Of a stretch of DNA of 64,000 nucleotides, positions 18,300 to 26,689 are shown one piece after another. The notes under the pieces are model-generated. The model saw only the letters and a program-made list of their open reading frames with translations, made no database searches and was not told the DNA's origin. The stretch is from IMG/VR virus record IMGVR_UViG_2731957752_000002, positions 24,025 through 88,024 of that record, one strand, 5' to 3'. This DNA is from a virus. Taxonomy: Duplodnaviria > Caudoviricetes. The translations under genes and the position numbers were made by a program. Within the stretch, counting starts at the first letter, position 1. Every line of letters begins with the position of its first letter.

Positions 18300-18775
18300 G
18301 CGGCAACGAAGTTCTCGTGATTCTCCCGCCGATCAGCGACGACGATGTGTCGACCTCGCTGCGGGCACTCACACGCGCGATCGCCAACGCCACCAGACAG
18401 GTACTTTGGGGCGGCCTCGGTGGAGATGACGGGTACGGGCTCGCCCACGAGACAGACGTTTTCGTGATGCGCCCCTTCTACTGGGGTGACTGCGACTGCG
18501 GGCACATGGACCGCATCAACAACCGCTGGTACGACCTCGACTTGGACAATCACCCTGGCGGATGTGACTGCGAACAGTGCGCCGCCTACAGCGAATGGGT
18601 CAACAAGCAAGGCAGGTGCCTGCCGACGTGCTCGACCGAGCTGCCGAACTTCCTGTACAAGCCGACCGGCGCGCGGGTCGAGTGGTACAAGTGGATCGGC
18701 CGTGACATGGAGATCAAAGGCGACCTGCCCGCGGACTTCCTCACCCATTGCCTCCAGTCCCTGGAGGGTGCGTGA
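18296..18775 (+). CDS. Cys-rich conserved phage protein
   Basis: FVMRPFYWGDCDCG...PNF.YKP...WYKWIGRDM. Confidence 0.7.
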   Translation: MSGNEVLVILPPISDDDVSTSLRALTRAIANATRQVLWGGLGGDDGYGLAHETDVFVMRPFYWGDCDCGHMDRINNRWYDLDLDNHPGGCDCEQCAAYSEWVNKQGRCLPTCSTELPNFLYKPTGARVEWYKWIGRDMEIKGDLPADFLTHCLQSLEGA

Positions 18776-19074
18776 AGCTCTTCGTTGATGACGAGCGGCC
18801 CGCGCCCGACGGCTGGGTGCGTGTTGAGACCAGCGCCGAAGCGCTCTCGATCCTCAGCGCCTACCGCTTGGATGGGCACACCGTCGAAGCCATCTCCCTC
18901 GACCACGATTTGGGCGGCGACGACACCACACGCCCGGTCATGCTCTGGATGTGTGAACACGATTGGTGGCCGCTGCGGCTCACCATTCATAGCGCGAATC
19001 CGGTTGGCCGCGACCACCTGGCTGGCATGGCCCGCCGCTACGCGCCCGACTGGGTGAAGGTGGACAGCCGGTGA
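18772..19074 (+). CDS. Cyclic-phosphate-processing receiver domain protein
   Basis: KLFVDDER, ISLDHDLG, IHSANPVG motifs. Confidence 0.85.
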   Translation: MKLFVDDERPAPDGWVRVETSAEALSILSAYRLDGHTVEAISLDHDLGGDDTTRPVMLWMCEHDWWPLRLTIHSANPVGRDHLAGMARRYAPDWVKVDSR

Positions 19075-19265
19075 GTGCCGAAGACATGGTGATTGTGGTG
19101 ACCGAACTCGACACGGCGCACTCGATCCGCAACGCGCTCTCCCGTCTCGGCTGCACGTTCGAAGACCTCCACGAAATGCACCGGACAGGCGACTACGCCA
19201 CTCTGAAACACCGTCTCGCATGGATCGCGATCGGCCCTACTACGACGACCGCGAACACTACCTGA
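19071..19265 (+). CDS. Hypothetical protein
   Basis: GTGA overlap. Confidence 0.55.
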   Translation: MSAEDMVIVVTELDTAHSIRNALSRLGCTFEDLHEMHRTGDYATLKHRLAWIAIGPTTTTANTT

Positions 19266-19281
19266 AGCTCCTGGAGAACGA

Positions 19282-19647
19282 ATGACCCTGTTCGTCCGCT
19301 ACATCGAAAACAACGACCACGAAGGCGAACGGTGGGTGTTCTGGCTTCAGAAGGACGGTAACGAAGCCGCCCTCGCCGAGCTGGAACAAATCCTTGAGAC
19401 CGCCGAAGCCGAAGCGACCGCCGCAGAAGGCTACTACGAGATGCCCTACCAGATCCCAGCCGACATCGAGCCCGAAGCAGTCGTGGACAAACTGGTCGAG
19501 TACGCGGAGGGCGGGTACATGGATGGCCACAACAAGGTACGCGGCAAACTCGATCTAACTCGACTGCGTGGGCGATCTTGGGAAGGCGCCTTCGACACCT
19601 TGTACAAGGGCGGTATCCGCAACATGTTCAAGGACGACACCGAGTGA
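19282..19647 (+). CDS. Hypothetical phage protein
   Basis: ENNDHEGERW...GYMDGHNK...LYKGGI. Confidence 0.7.
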   Translation: MTLFVRYIENNDHEGERWVFWLQKDGNEAALAELEQILETAEAEATAAEGYYEMPYQIPADIEPEAVVDKLVEYAEGGYMDGHNKVRGKLDLTRLRGRSWEGAFDTLYKGGIRNMFKDDTE

Positions 19648-20390
19648 CCGCCTGGGAAGACCTCGCGCCGACCCGGCTGGCGATCGCGGGCGATTGGCAT
19701 GGCAACCAGTTCCATGCGGTTCGCGCAATTGAGTACGCGGCTGAGCAGGGCGCTGACGTCATCGTGCACGTCGGCGACTTCGCTTACGACTTCAAACCGA
19801 AGTTCATGGCAGCAGTTCAGCGCGCGCTCGAAGACGCTGGGCTCGTTCTCGGGTTCGTGCCAGGCAATCATGAGAACTGGACCTACCTCGACACCCGCGA
19901 GCAAGAACACGGCTGCACTGCGATCCCGCTGCGCCCCAACATCTTCTACCTACCTCGCTGCTACCGATGGACTTGGGGCGGTGTCTCGTTCCTCGCGCTT
20001 GGTGGTGCGCACTCCGTCGACCGGCCATGGCGCGTACCCGGCAAGTCTTGGTGGCGGCGGGAGACGATTACGCAGGCCGAAGCCGACCGTGCGATAGCCG
20101 GGGGAGCGGCCGACGTGATGATCTGCCACGACGTGCCCTCGGGCGTCCGTATCCCGTGCATTGAGAGCAACCCGCTCGGCTTCCCGCAAGCGGAGATCTA
20201 CGCGGCTGACGTGCACCGCGCGCGCCTGCGTGAGGTCGTCGACGTTGTTCAACCGCGGCGCCTTTTCGCCGGCCACTACCACTGCCGTCTGACCGCTGAG
20301 CTCGACTGCGGCAGCTACCGGACACAGGTCGACATCCTCGCCGACGACTCGGCGCCACTCGCCGACAACACCACGCTCGTTGACATTTGA
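19644..20390 (+). CDS. Calcineurin-like metallophosphoesterase
   Basis: GDWHG, VGD, GNHE, HD, GHYH. Confidence 0.9.
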   Translation: MTAWEDLAPTRLAIAGDWHGNQFHAVRAIEYAAEQGADVIVHVGDFAYDFKPKFMAAVQRALEDAGLVLGFVPGNHENWTYLDTREQEHGCTAIPLRPNIFYLPRCYRWTWGGVSFLALGGAHSVDRPWRVPGKSWWRRETITQAEADRAIAGGAADVMICHDVPSGVRIPCIESNPLGFPQAEIYAADVHRARLREVVDVVQPRRLFAGHYHCRLTAELDCGSYRTQVDILADDSAPLADNTTLVDI

Positions 20391-20513
20391 TCGAATGTAT
20401 TGAATCTCATCGTTTGAATGAGATAACCTGGAGGCATGAACCTCGCCTCCTCGAACAGGTCTGTTCGTCCTCGGGGGGGGATTCCCGATCGCGATGACTT
20501 CTGAGGTGGCCTG

Positions 20514-21089
20514 ATGTTCAAAGCCGTTCGCATTCCATGGGTCGGTTGGTCGGTGCACATCCAAACGTGGTACCCGGAGTTCGACCAAGGTCCGCGCTGG
20601 GCTACCGGCCGCGGGCGCTGCCGTGAGCGGGTGTTCGCGATGCCGTTCTTCGGTTGGGACGTCACCTTCTACGGGCGCGGCAAGTCGTACCGGGAGCTGG
20701 TCGGGTTCGACCTGCCTATCGACTGGATACTGGACGAGTTCGATGACTCCTTCAACGATCTGGCTATCGCCTCGCTCCGCTACCACATGGACTACTCGGT
20801 CGCATTGTGCAGCGATGAGCGCCGAGCCAAGTACACCGATCTCATCGAGCGCCTGACCGAGCCACGCCCACGGTTCACCGAAGAAGAGCTGGCGATCCTG
20901 GAGCCGCCCGGCTGGACGTGGGAAGACGACTTCGAGCCGCACCCTGATGGTGGCGCGCTGATGAAGCCGACACCTCCCGAGAAGCAAGCGGTGTACGAAG
21001 CGCATCGGCTCCGGGAAGACGCGTACCTCGAACGCATCCGCCAAGCACGACACGACTTCGTCGACATCATGCCCGAGCTGTGGAGCTGA
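20514..21089 (+). CDS. Hypothetical protein
   Basis: GAGG RBS, 191 aa. Confidence 0.7.
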   Translation: MFKAVRIPWVGWSVHIQTWYPEFDQGPRWATGRGRCRERVFAMPFFGWDVTFYGRGKSYRELVGFDLPIDWILDEFDDSFNDLAIASLRYHMDYSVALCSDERRAKYTDLIERLTEPRPRFTEEELAILEPPGWTWEDDFEPHPDGGALMKPTPPEKQAVYEAHRLREDAYLERIRQARHDFVDIMPELWS

Positions 21090-21092
21090 ACC

Positions 21093-21671
21093 ATGACAAC
21101 TATCGATCCGTGGGCGCCGCCTGAGCAGGGAGAGGACGAAGACTATGTCGACTACCTCGGGCGCAAAGCCGACCTTTACTACGAGAGCCCGCCGCCTGCA
21201 CCACCTGGCTTCCGGTTGATCGAATGCACTGCCGAGCCGCGGCACTGGCCTCGATACGAGTTCATTGACCACGACTTCTACGGCAGCTCATGCCCGGACT
21301 GCGGAGCAGACCTTTACCACCGCGAGCTGCGGGAGTTGAAGCGCCGCTACCACCGCCTCCAGCATCCGATCCGAGGCAGGATCGCAAGCCGCGGATTGGG
21401 TTACCTCCAACTGTTGGGCGTGATCGCAGGCTACGGCTCACGGTGGGGCGGGGACGCGGGTTGCAAATGGTGCCTGACTGGGATCCGCATCCGCGGCAAG
21501 CGTTCCTACATCTTGGGTTGGCCGACGTGGAAGTGGGCGTGCCTGTTCCAGCGCCGCCACTGGCCTGGCGAGGAAGCCTATTTCGGGTTGTGCGGCAAAT
21601 GCCTGCCCTGCCCCGACTGCGGAACAACGAAATGGGACCACGAGTGCACTGGAACTGAGGCGGCGGCATGA
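21093..21671 (+). CDS. Cys-rich hypothetical protein
   Basis: CPDC, CKWC, CGKC.PCPDC. Confidence 0.7.
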   Translation: MTTIDPWAPPEQGEDEDYVDYLGRKADLYYESPPPAPPGFRLIECTAEPRHWPRYEFIDHDFYGSSCPDCGADLYHRELRELKRRYHRLQHPIRGRIASRGLGYLQLLGVIAGYGSRWGGDAGCKWCLTGIRIRGKRSYILGWPTWKWACLFQRRHWPGEEAYFGLCGKCLPCPDCGTTKWDHECTGTEAAA

Positions 21672-22300
21672 ATCTGTGGGATGACGTGGCGGCTTTTTCC
21701 CGTGCGTGCGGTGTGCGGATGCTGACCAAACCTGGATGGGTGCCAGACGACGAGTTGCAGCTCGCCTTACGACTCGTACGGGAAGAACTGACCGAACTCG
21801 ACACCGCCCTCCAAGAACGCGACCTCGTGGAGGTTGCTGACGCAATCGCGGACAGCTTGTACGTCCTCGCTGGTCTCGCTCTCCGCACGGGCCTCGCACG
21901 CACGTACATCGTCGACATGATCAAAGACCTGTCGTACTCCACGCTCATGACCATCAGCGGACATGTCGGATTCGCGACGCTCACCGACGACGAAATCGAC
22001 GAAATCCGCCGCGACCTCGAAACCCAACACGAGCGCATCACTGCCGCGGTCGACGCCCGCAACCTCATTGAACTGGACGCCGCCACACACCAAACCATGC
22101 ACGCGGTCGCGGGCATCGGATACGTGATGTGCCTGCCCATGAAAGCGGTCTGGGATGCCGTCCAGTCCTCGAACATGAGCAAGGTCGTTGACGGCAAGGT
22201 GATCCGCGATGAAGGCGGCAAGATACTCAAACCATCGACCTTCGTGCGCCCCGACATCGCTGGTGTTCTCGCACGCCACGGATGGACGGAGGCGGCGTGA
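21668..22300 (+). CDS. MazG/PRA-PH-like nucleotide pyrophosphohydrolase
   Basis: EELTEL...EVADAIADSLYV, SNMSK, GKILKP. Confidence 0.85.
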   Translation: MNLWDDVAAFSRACGVRMLTKPGWVPDDELQLALRLVREELTELDTALQERDLVEVADAIADSLYVLAGLALRTGLARTYIVDMIKDLSYSTLMTISGHVGFATLTDDEIDEIRRDLETQHERITAAVDARNLIELDAATHQTMHAVAGIGYVMCLPMKAVWDAVQSSNMSKVVDGKVIRDEGGKILKPSTFVRPDIAGVLARHGWTEAA

Positions 22301-22575
22301 AGACGCATCCGTCGCTGGGTTGGTGCCAGTCCTGCGGTAAGCAGGCGTTCAGCGGTCGGAAGGCAGCGAAGGCTGCTTGCCGGCGCCGGTTTCCGAATGA
22401 ACGGATGCAGGGCTACCGGTGCCCTGTACGTGAAGGTGCTTGGCATGCTGGGCATCTCGCGGATGAAGTGCGGTCGGGTGAGGTGTCCCGCGCCGAGTTC
22501 TACGGTCCGCGTGGGGTTGGTCGTGTACGGGAGATGCAGGGCACTCGGCGCCCGCTGAGGAGGGCAGTGGCGTGA
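22297..22575 (+). CDS. Zn-binding hypothetical protein
   Basis: CQSCGK...YRCP...WHAGH. Confidence 0.65.
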   Translation: MKTHPSLGWCQSCGKQAFSGRKAAKAACRRRFPNERMQGYRCPVREGAWHAGHLADEVRSGEVSRAEFYGPRGVGRVREMQGTRRPLRRAVA

Positions 22576-23084
22576 GCGGGCGAGGGATGGGGAGTCATCA
22601 TTCGGCGCGAGCCGGGTCGGATGTGTGGTTGACGCCGCCCGGTGTCGTCACCGCGCTTGGCGCTTTCGATCTGGACCCCTGTGCGGCGGAACCTCGACCG
22701 TGGGACACCGCCCGTCGACACATCGCGCCGCCTGACGACGGGCTCGCAGCCACATGGGAGGGGCGTGTGTTTCTGAATCCGCCCTATTCGAACCTTACGG
22801 ACTGGCTTGGCAAGCTTGCCGACCACGGCCGCGGAACCGCTCTGATCTTTGCGCGCACCGAAACCCGATGGTTCGTTGACCTGGTGTGGCAGCGGGCGAG
22901 TGCAGTGATGTTCCTGCATGGGCGACTCCACTTCCATCTGCCTGATGGTTCCAGGGCGCGGGGCAACGCGGGCGCCCCAAGTTGCCTTGTCGCCTATGGC
23001 GATGGTGACGCCCTTCGGCTGGCGGGGTCGGGGCTGGCGGGAACTTTCGTGAATCTCGGCAACAGTAGTTTGGAGGCGGCATGA
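22572..23084 (+). CDS. Phage DNA N6-adenine methyltransferase
   Basis: WLTPP, FDLDPCA, DGL, NPPYS, ARTET, GRL.F. Confidence 0.9.
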   Translation: MSGRGMGSHHSARAGSDVWLTPPGVVTALGAFDLDPCAAEPRPWDTARRHIAPPDDGLAATWEGRVFLNPPYSNLTDWLGKLADHGRGTALIFARTETRWFVDLVWQRASAVMFLHGRLHFHLPDGSRARGNAGAPSCLVAYGDGDALRLAGSGLAGTFVNLGNSSLEAA

Positions 23085-23599
23085 GCGGTGACTTCGTGAA
23101 GGTCGATATCGTGCTGCCGCTCCCGCTGGATGTGGCCGCGACCCTGATCAATTTGATCGGCACCGCTTATCCCGGCGCTCAGATGGATGCGTCCGGTGGC
23201 CGGGATGGTTGGGGGCGTGAGGTGATGAGGATGCAGATCCCTAGCGCTGAACGCTATGCGAGTGCCGCGGCGCGTGACGAGATCCAGGCGGCGAAGCGGG
23301 TTGTTGAGGACGAGCGAGAGACGATGCTTGCGAGCGTCCGCGACGGTATCGCCGTGTCGACGCCGGAGGAGATCCAGCACCAGTTGGGGTACTTGTGTTC
23401 CCGGTTCTTCCTCGACAACCCGGCCGCCGTCAACTATGTGGAGGTCGAGATGGACGTCCAGAACCGCGACACCCGCGAGCGATTCGTGCTCACGGTCCGG
23501 CGGGCGGAGGGTAAGACCCCGCATGCGTTGCGGAAGGAAGCCGAAGCAGAGGTGGAGCGGCTGCGTGCCCGCCTTGCAGAACTGGAGGCGGCAGCGTGA
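23081..23599 (+). CDS. Hypothetical phage protein
   Basis: NYVE...GKTPHALR. Confidence 0.7.
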   Translation: MSGDFVKVDIVLPLPLDVAATLINLIGTAYPGAQMDASGGRDGWGREVMRMQIPSAERYASAAARDEIQAAKRVVEDERETMLASVRDGIAVSTPEEIQHQLGYLCSRFFLDNPAAVNYVEVEMDVQNRDTRERFVLTVRRAEGKTPHALRKEAEAEVERLRARLAELEAAA

Positions 23600-23853
23600 G
23601 CGTCATGTACTTCCGGGAACATCGTGCCGAAGACGGTTCGATCGCTATCGAGTGCGTCAACCCGTTGCCGCGGATCCCGGTCACGGAAGAGTTCTTGCGG
23701 GACTCTGATCCGGGCTTCCTCACCCGCGACGGCGACACCTTCACGTTGCACTGCATGAACGGCACATGGACCTACCAAATCCTCGAACCAACGTCGCGGC
23801 GCCCGGATTCGCGGACGCTGACCGCGGTTCTCATCGAAAGCGAGGCAGCATGA
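23596..23853 (+). CDS. Hypothetical protein
   Basis: Coupled, GGAGG RBS. Confidence 0.65.
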   Translation: MSVMYFREHRAEDGSIAIECVNPLPRIPVTEEFLRDSDPGFLTRDGDTFTLHCMNGTWTYQILEPTSRRPDSRTLTAVLIESEAA

Positions 23854-24449
23854 CCAGCATCGTGAAAGCTGTGCAAACCTGCTACGCAATCCCGTCAACG
23901 TGGGACGTGTGGACCGAGGCGGGCGAGTACCTGCACTTGAAGTACCGGAGCGGGTTGGCGAAGGTGTTCGTCGGTTCAGAGGACGGCCCGCTGGAGATGG
24001 AAAGCGCTATCCGCATCGGCAACCGGTTCGACGGCCTCATCACCATCGAAGCATTCTGCGAGGCAATAGGATTGACGTTGGCGTTGCAGGAACCGTACGT
24101 GCCGCTGCCGGATCCCAACGAGGGCCACGACGATCACGATGGCGAAGATCCGTCGTGGGCCGTGAAGACGGAGCGACCTGTCCGCGCGGAGGTGTTGCAG
24201 GAAGCGGAAGCGCTGGTGTGCGGCGATCGAGATGAGCAGTACGGTTCGCCGCGGGACAACCTCCAGCGGATAGCGAACTACTGGAACGATTACCTCTTCG
24301 ACGTAGTCCACCCGGAAAACCAGCTCACACCACGTGACGTCGCCCTGATGATGGTGCTGCTGAAGGTCGCGCGCGAGGCCGCGGGACACAAGCGCGACTC
24401 GTGCGTGGACGGCGCCGGATACTTCTCGCTGGCCGCTGAAGTGGCGTAA
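23850..24449 (+). CDS. Protein with C-terminal DUF6378-like domain
   Basis: [15 protein letters not shown]...[13 protein letters not shown]...DS.VD.AGY. Confidence 0.75.
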   Translation: MTSIVKAVQTCYAIPSTWDVWTEAGEYLHLKYRSGLAKVFVGSEDGPLEMESAIRIGNRFDGLITIEAFCEAIGLTLALQEPYVPLPDPNEGHDDHDGEDPSWAVKTERPVRAEVLQEAEALVCGDRDEQYGSPRDNLQRIANYWNDYLFDVVHPENQLTPRDVALMMVLLKVAREAAGHKRDSCVDGAGYFSLAAEVA

Positions 24450-24561
24450 TCGGCGGTATGCCCGAGGTCGGGGCGGGGACCGGTTAGGTCGATCAATCGT
24501 CGTACGGATAGGGTTGGTGGCTGTTGTCCATTCCCCGCCAGCCCTGGACAGGAGACCAGTA

Positions 24562-25947
24562 GTGGGTAAGCAGTCCCGTGTCGATACCGTCGCCAACCTC
24601 GCAAAACGTCGAGGAATCGTCTACCAATGCGGCGAAATCTATGGCGGCACCAAGTCGGCATGGGACTACGGTCCGCTCGGCGTCGAGCTGAAGGAGAACA
24701 TCAAGCGGCAGTGGTGGCGGTCCATGGTCACCGGCCGCGAAGATGTCGTCGGCTTGGACTCGTCGGTGATCCTGCCGCGCCAGGTGTGGCATGCATCCGG
24801 CCACGTCGAGACGTTCTCTGACCCGCTGGTGGAGTCGCTACACACCCACAAGCGATACAGGGCCGATCACCTGCTGGAGGCGTACGAAGCCAAGCACGGG
24901 CACCCGCCGGCCAACGGTCTCGCCGACATCCGTGACCCTGAGACGGGGCAGCCTGGCGCGTGGACGGAGCCGCGGAACTTCTCCGGCCTGCTCAAGACCT
25001 TCCTCGGTCCGGTGGATGACGAAGAAGGCTTGCACTATCTCCGCCCGGAGACGGCGCAGGGCATCTTCGTCAACTACAAGAACGTCGAGACCACCGCGCG
25101 CAAGAAGCCGCCGTTCGGCATCGCCCAGATCGGCAAGAGCTTCCGCAACGAGATCACGCCGGGCAACTTCATCTTCCGCACCCGCGAGTTCGAGCAGATG
25201 GAGATGGAGTTCTTCGTCAAGCCGGGCGAGGACGAGCAGTGGCACCAGTACTGGATCGACACCCGCATGGCCTGGTACACCGAACTGGGTATCGACCCGG
25301 AGAATCTGCGACTGTTCGAGCATCCGAAGGACAAGCTGTCGCATTATTCGACGCGGACTGTGGACATCGAGTACCGGTTCGGGTTCCAGGGCAGCGAGTG
25401 GGGTGAGTTGGAAGGTGTCGCCAACCGCACTGACTTCGACCTGAAGACGCATTCGGAGCACTCGGGTACCGAACTCAGCTACTTCGACCAGGCCACCAAC
25501 GAGCGCTACATCCCGTACGTCATCGAGCCCGCGGCCGGTCTGACTCGTTCGCTGATGGCGTTCCTGGTGGACGCGTACACGGAGGATGAGGCGCCGAACG
25601 CGAAGGGTGTGATGGAGTCGCGGACCGTGCTGCGCCTGGACCACAGGCTTGCGCCGGTGAAGGTGGCGGTGCTGCCGCTGTCCCGTAACGCTGATCTGAC
25701 TCCGAAGGCGAAGGATCTCGCGGCCCAGCTGCGGAAGCACTGGAATGTGGAGTTTGATGATGCGGGTGGTGTCGGTCGTCGTTACCGCCGTCAGGATGAG
25801 ATCGGTACACCGTTCTGTGTGACGGTCGATTTCGATTCGCTGGACGATCAGGCGGTGACCATCCGGGAGCGGGACTCGATGGCGCAGGAGCGTGTCGGGT
25901 TGGACCAGGTGGAAGCGTATTTGGCGACGCGGCTGCTGGGCTGCTGA
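24562..25947 (+). CDS. glyQS: Glycine--tRNA ligase (alpha2, class II)
   Basis: [61 protein letters not shown]; AGGAG RBS before GTG. Confidence 0.97.
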   Translation: MGKQSRVDTVANLAKRRGIVYQCGEIYGGTKSAWDYGPLGVELKENIKRQWWRSMVTGREDVVGLDSSVILPRQVWHASGHVETFSDPLVESLHTHKRYRADHLLEAYEAKHGHPPANGLADIRDPETGQPGAWTEPRNFSGLLKTFLGPVDDEEGLHYLRPETAQGIFVNYKNVETTARKKPPFGIAQIGKSFRNEITPGNFIFRTREFEQMEMEFFVKPGEDEQWHQYWIDTRMAWYTELGIDPENLRLFEHPKDKLSHYSTRTVDIEYRFGFQGSEWGELEGVANRTDFDLKTHSEHSGTELSYFDQATNERYIPYVIEPAAGLTRSLMAFLVDAYTEDEAPNAKGVMESRTVLRLDHRLAPVKVAVLPLSRNADLTPKAKDLAAQLRKHWNVEFDDAGGVGRRYRRQDEIGTPFCVTVDFDSLDDQAVTIRERDSMAQERVGLDQVEAYLATRLLGC

Positions 25948-26070
25948 GCCCGTAATCACTCGCGTGTGGTGAAAAACACATTAAGTAGTGAATCGGCAGG
26001 TCATCGCACTGTTCACGTCAATTCGTGACGCGTGAAAGCGGTTTTCGGGCGGCTGAAGCTGGATATCGTC

Positions 26071-26079
26071 TGGTATAGT
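26071..26079 (+). promoter_or_regulatory. Extended -10 promoter TGGTATAGT upstream of RNA gene cluster
   Basis: TGn-TATAGT. Confidence 0.55.
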
Positions 26080-26170
26080 CCGCCTCGCGGTACCCCCATG
26101 CCCAAAATCAGTCGGCGCTCCGACTGCATTGGTGGCCGTGGGTGTCTAGCTGTAGAACTTCATAACGGTC

Positions 26171-26240
26171 TCCTCGATAGCTCAGTGGTAGAGCGCCCGA
26201 TAGAAAGGGACGGTCCCGCGTTCAATTCGCGGTCGAGGAA
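26171..26240 (+). tRNA. tRNA-like gene with defective anticodon arm (isotype undetermined)
   Basis: Perfect acceptor TCCTCGA/TCGAGGA, D arm and T arm; anticodon arm only CCC-GATAGAAA-GGG. Confidence 0.7.
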
Positions 26241-26243
26241 CAA

Positions 26244-26577
26244 AGCGCAGGCTAGCTACCTGCGCTGGTGGTGACAGAGGGAGCGGCTATCTGCGTGATC
26301 GGGCCGCGAATGTGTGCGATGTCGGGAACCCGACGGGCAAGTGCCTGAGGGGAAGCCTTAGCCGGCGGAAGCCGATGCCTCAGCGGGCAACTCGCAGCAC
26401 CGGGTACATAAGCCTTACGGTCCGTGCCCCGGTCGGAGCCTAGGAAACTCCCCACCAACTAACTTCGCCTCGGGCCTCGCGGGGCCTCAGCTTTCTCCCG
26501 AGGGCATTTGATCGTGATGGCTCTGGATTCGTAACACCGAGCTAGGTTGGCAACCTGACGTAGGCGCCTACGTCTCA
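26244..26577 (+). ncRNA. Candidate structured ncRNA(s) between tRNA genes
   Basis: Dense hairpins, GNRA loops, long-range GGTGG/CCACC stem, no convincing ORF. Confidence 0.45.
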
Positions 26578-26587
26578 ACAGCCTCAT

Positions 26588-26663
26588 AGCGGCGTAGAGC
26601 AGTTCGGTAGCTCGCTGGGCTCATAACCCAGGTCTGTCGTGGGTTCAAATCCCACCGCCGCGA
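26588..26663 (+). tRNA. tRNA-fMet (CAT), initiator type
   Basis: Cloverleaf; 1:72 mismatch, three G-C pairs in anticodon stem, A11-U24; CCA not encoded. Confidence 0.9.
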
Positions 26664-26689
26664 CAACCACCCCGACTTTGCGAACCGGG

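Noticed and set aside
24450-24561. T-box or glycine riboswitch ahead of glyQS
   Set aside because: Only about 110 nt; no T-box or glycine aptamer consensus seen
26267-26577. RNase P, tmRNA, cobalamin riboswitch, raiA motif or HDV-like theta ribozyme
   Set aside because: Only short fragments resemble each (e.g. CTGGATTCG, GAGCCTAGGAAAC); core conserved elements not found by eye
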